Source: an uncultured Thermus sp. (GTDB lineage Bacteria > Deinococcota > Deinococci > Deinococcales > Thermaceae). Taken from it: 64,000 bases of DNA. Where the stretch lies: the NCBI GenBank assembly GCA_947085095.1, contig CAMTVD010000006.1:20911-84910 (forward strand). The letters run 5' to 3'. Made by a program: the position numbers and the translations under genes. Position 1 is the stretch's first letter, and each line of letters opens with the position of its first letter. Below, piece after piece: positions 63,383 through 64,000 of the stretch. The notes under the pieces were generated by a model. The model saw only the letters and a list, made by a program, of their open reading frames with translations, was not told the origin of the DNA and made no database searches.

Positions 63383-64000
63383 CTAGGAAAGCCGCCTGGC
63401 CTCTTCCAAGGCGAGCTCCCGCAGGACCTCCTTGTGGGGGGAGTCGGGAAGGGGGTCCAAAGCTTCCACCGCCAGGAGGGCCCTCTCCCGGATCCGGGCC
63501 TCCACCTCCTCCGCCACCCCGCTTTCCCGGGCCAGGGCCCGGAGGCGCTCCAGATCGCCCTCCTCCCTGCCCTTCCGCCTCAGGATCTCCCGGGCCTCGG
63601 GGAAGCGCTCCATGAGGAGGAGGGTGATCAGGGTGGCCTTGCCCTCCCGCACATCCCCGCCCACCGGCTTGCCCAGGACCTCCGGGCTTCCCATGAGGTC
63701 CAGGTAGTCGTCCCGCATCTGGAAGGCCTGGCCGTAGTGGAGACCGAAGCGCCTGAGGGCCTGCCGCCCCTCCCCCTCCACCCCCTTGAGCACCGCCGGG
63801 CCCTCGGTGGCCAGGGCCATGAGGGCGGCGGTCTTGGCGGTGATGATCCTCTCGTAGTTTTCCAGGGAGTGGTCCTCGAGGGCCGCCACCTGGAACTGCA
63901 GCACCTCCCCTTCGGAGAGGACCCGGGCGGTCTCGGCAAACATCTCCACCAGCTCCAGCCTCCCCGTCTTGGCGATGACGTGGAGGAGGCGGGAAAGGAG
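63383..64000 (-). CDS. trans-Polyprenyl diphosphate synthase (long-chain type), partial: the 5' end lies beyond the window
   Basis: Second aspartate-rich motif FQMRDDYLD, GKPVGGDVREGK and SEGEVLQ. The ORF runs off the window edge. Confidence 0.85.
   Translation of the reverse strand, partial: LLSRLLHVIAKTGRLELVEMFAETARVLSEGEVLQFQVAALEDHSLENYERIITAKTAALMALATEGPAVLKGVEGEGRQALRRFGLHYGQAFQMRDDYLDLMGSPEVLGKPVGGDVREGKATLITLLLMERFPEAREILRRKGREEGDLERLRALARESGVAEEVEARIRERALLAVEALDPLPDSPHKEVLRELALEEARRLS

Overview
The window is a gene-dense, roughly 68-70% GC chromosomal segment that is clearly Thermus-like (Deinococcota). Supporting signs are an RNA polymerase omega subunit close to the T. thermophilus sequence as I remember it, a futalosine-pathway MqnD, an ATL protein and bacillithiol BshC. 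I support about 70 protein-coding genes, mostly housekeeping. I found no rRNA, tRNA, CRISPR array, IS element or transposase.

Main gene content:
- A class II ribonucleotide reductase gene (nrdJ) interrupted by two in-frame LAGLIDADG inteins.
- A purB / purCSQ-HAD-purLF cluster and glyA.
- hemA, hemD and a hemX-like gene.
- ppsA, recN, argR, coaBC, rpoZ and gmk.
- A gdhA/gdhB glutamate dehydrogenase pair.

Many gene junctions are 1-, 4- or 8-nt overlaps (ATGA, GTGA, TGATG), which fits long operons. One array of at least 13 minus-strand genes runs from 63334 down to 50814.

Observations most worth a second look:
1. An uncharacterised five-gene minus-strand operon (25404-27255) with its own promoter. 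It encodes a small protein, a LiaX/YvlB-like protein, a SHOCT-like protein, a membrane protein and a DUF2089 regulator. Its 3' end overlaps the 3' end of a two-component sensor kinase gene.
2. A ThiS/MoaD-like beta-grasp ORF translationally coupled to a deoxyhypusine-synthase-like gene. It lacks a canonical GG terminus, and a G6 run sits at that position.
3. An EF-G paralog, a MoxR ATPase and PEP synthase arranged as a coupled string.
4. A 922-aa protein that appears to fuse a methyltransferase domain, a TPR region and a DUF2325-like domain.
5. A GDH paralog that has lost the catalytic lysine.
6. Tandem phosphoribosyltransferase paralogs, one with a degenerate PRPP loop.
7. A decayed AbrB/PIN toxin-antitoxin locus with three homopolymer frameshifts.
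8. A sensor kinase whose N-terminal transmembrane helix is only encoded if translation starts at CTG.
9. Candidate leaderless genes and several perfect palindromes in promoter regions.

All domain and family calls come from reading motifs by eye. I ran no database search, so each call should be confirmed with HMM or BLAST tools. The high GC3 produces many long spurious antisense ORFs in the supplied track. I rejected these.
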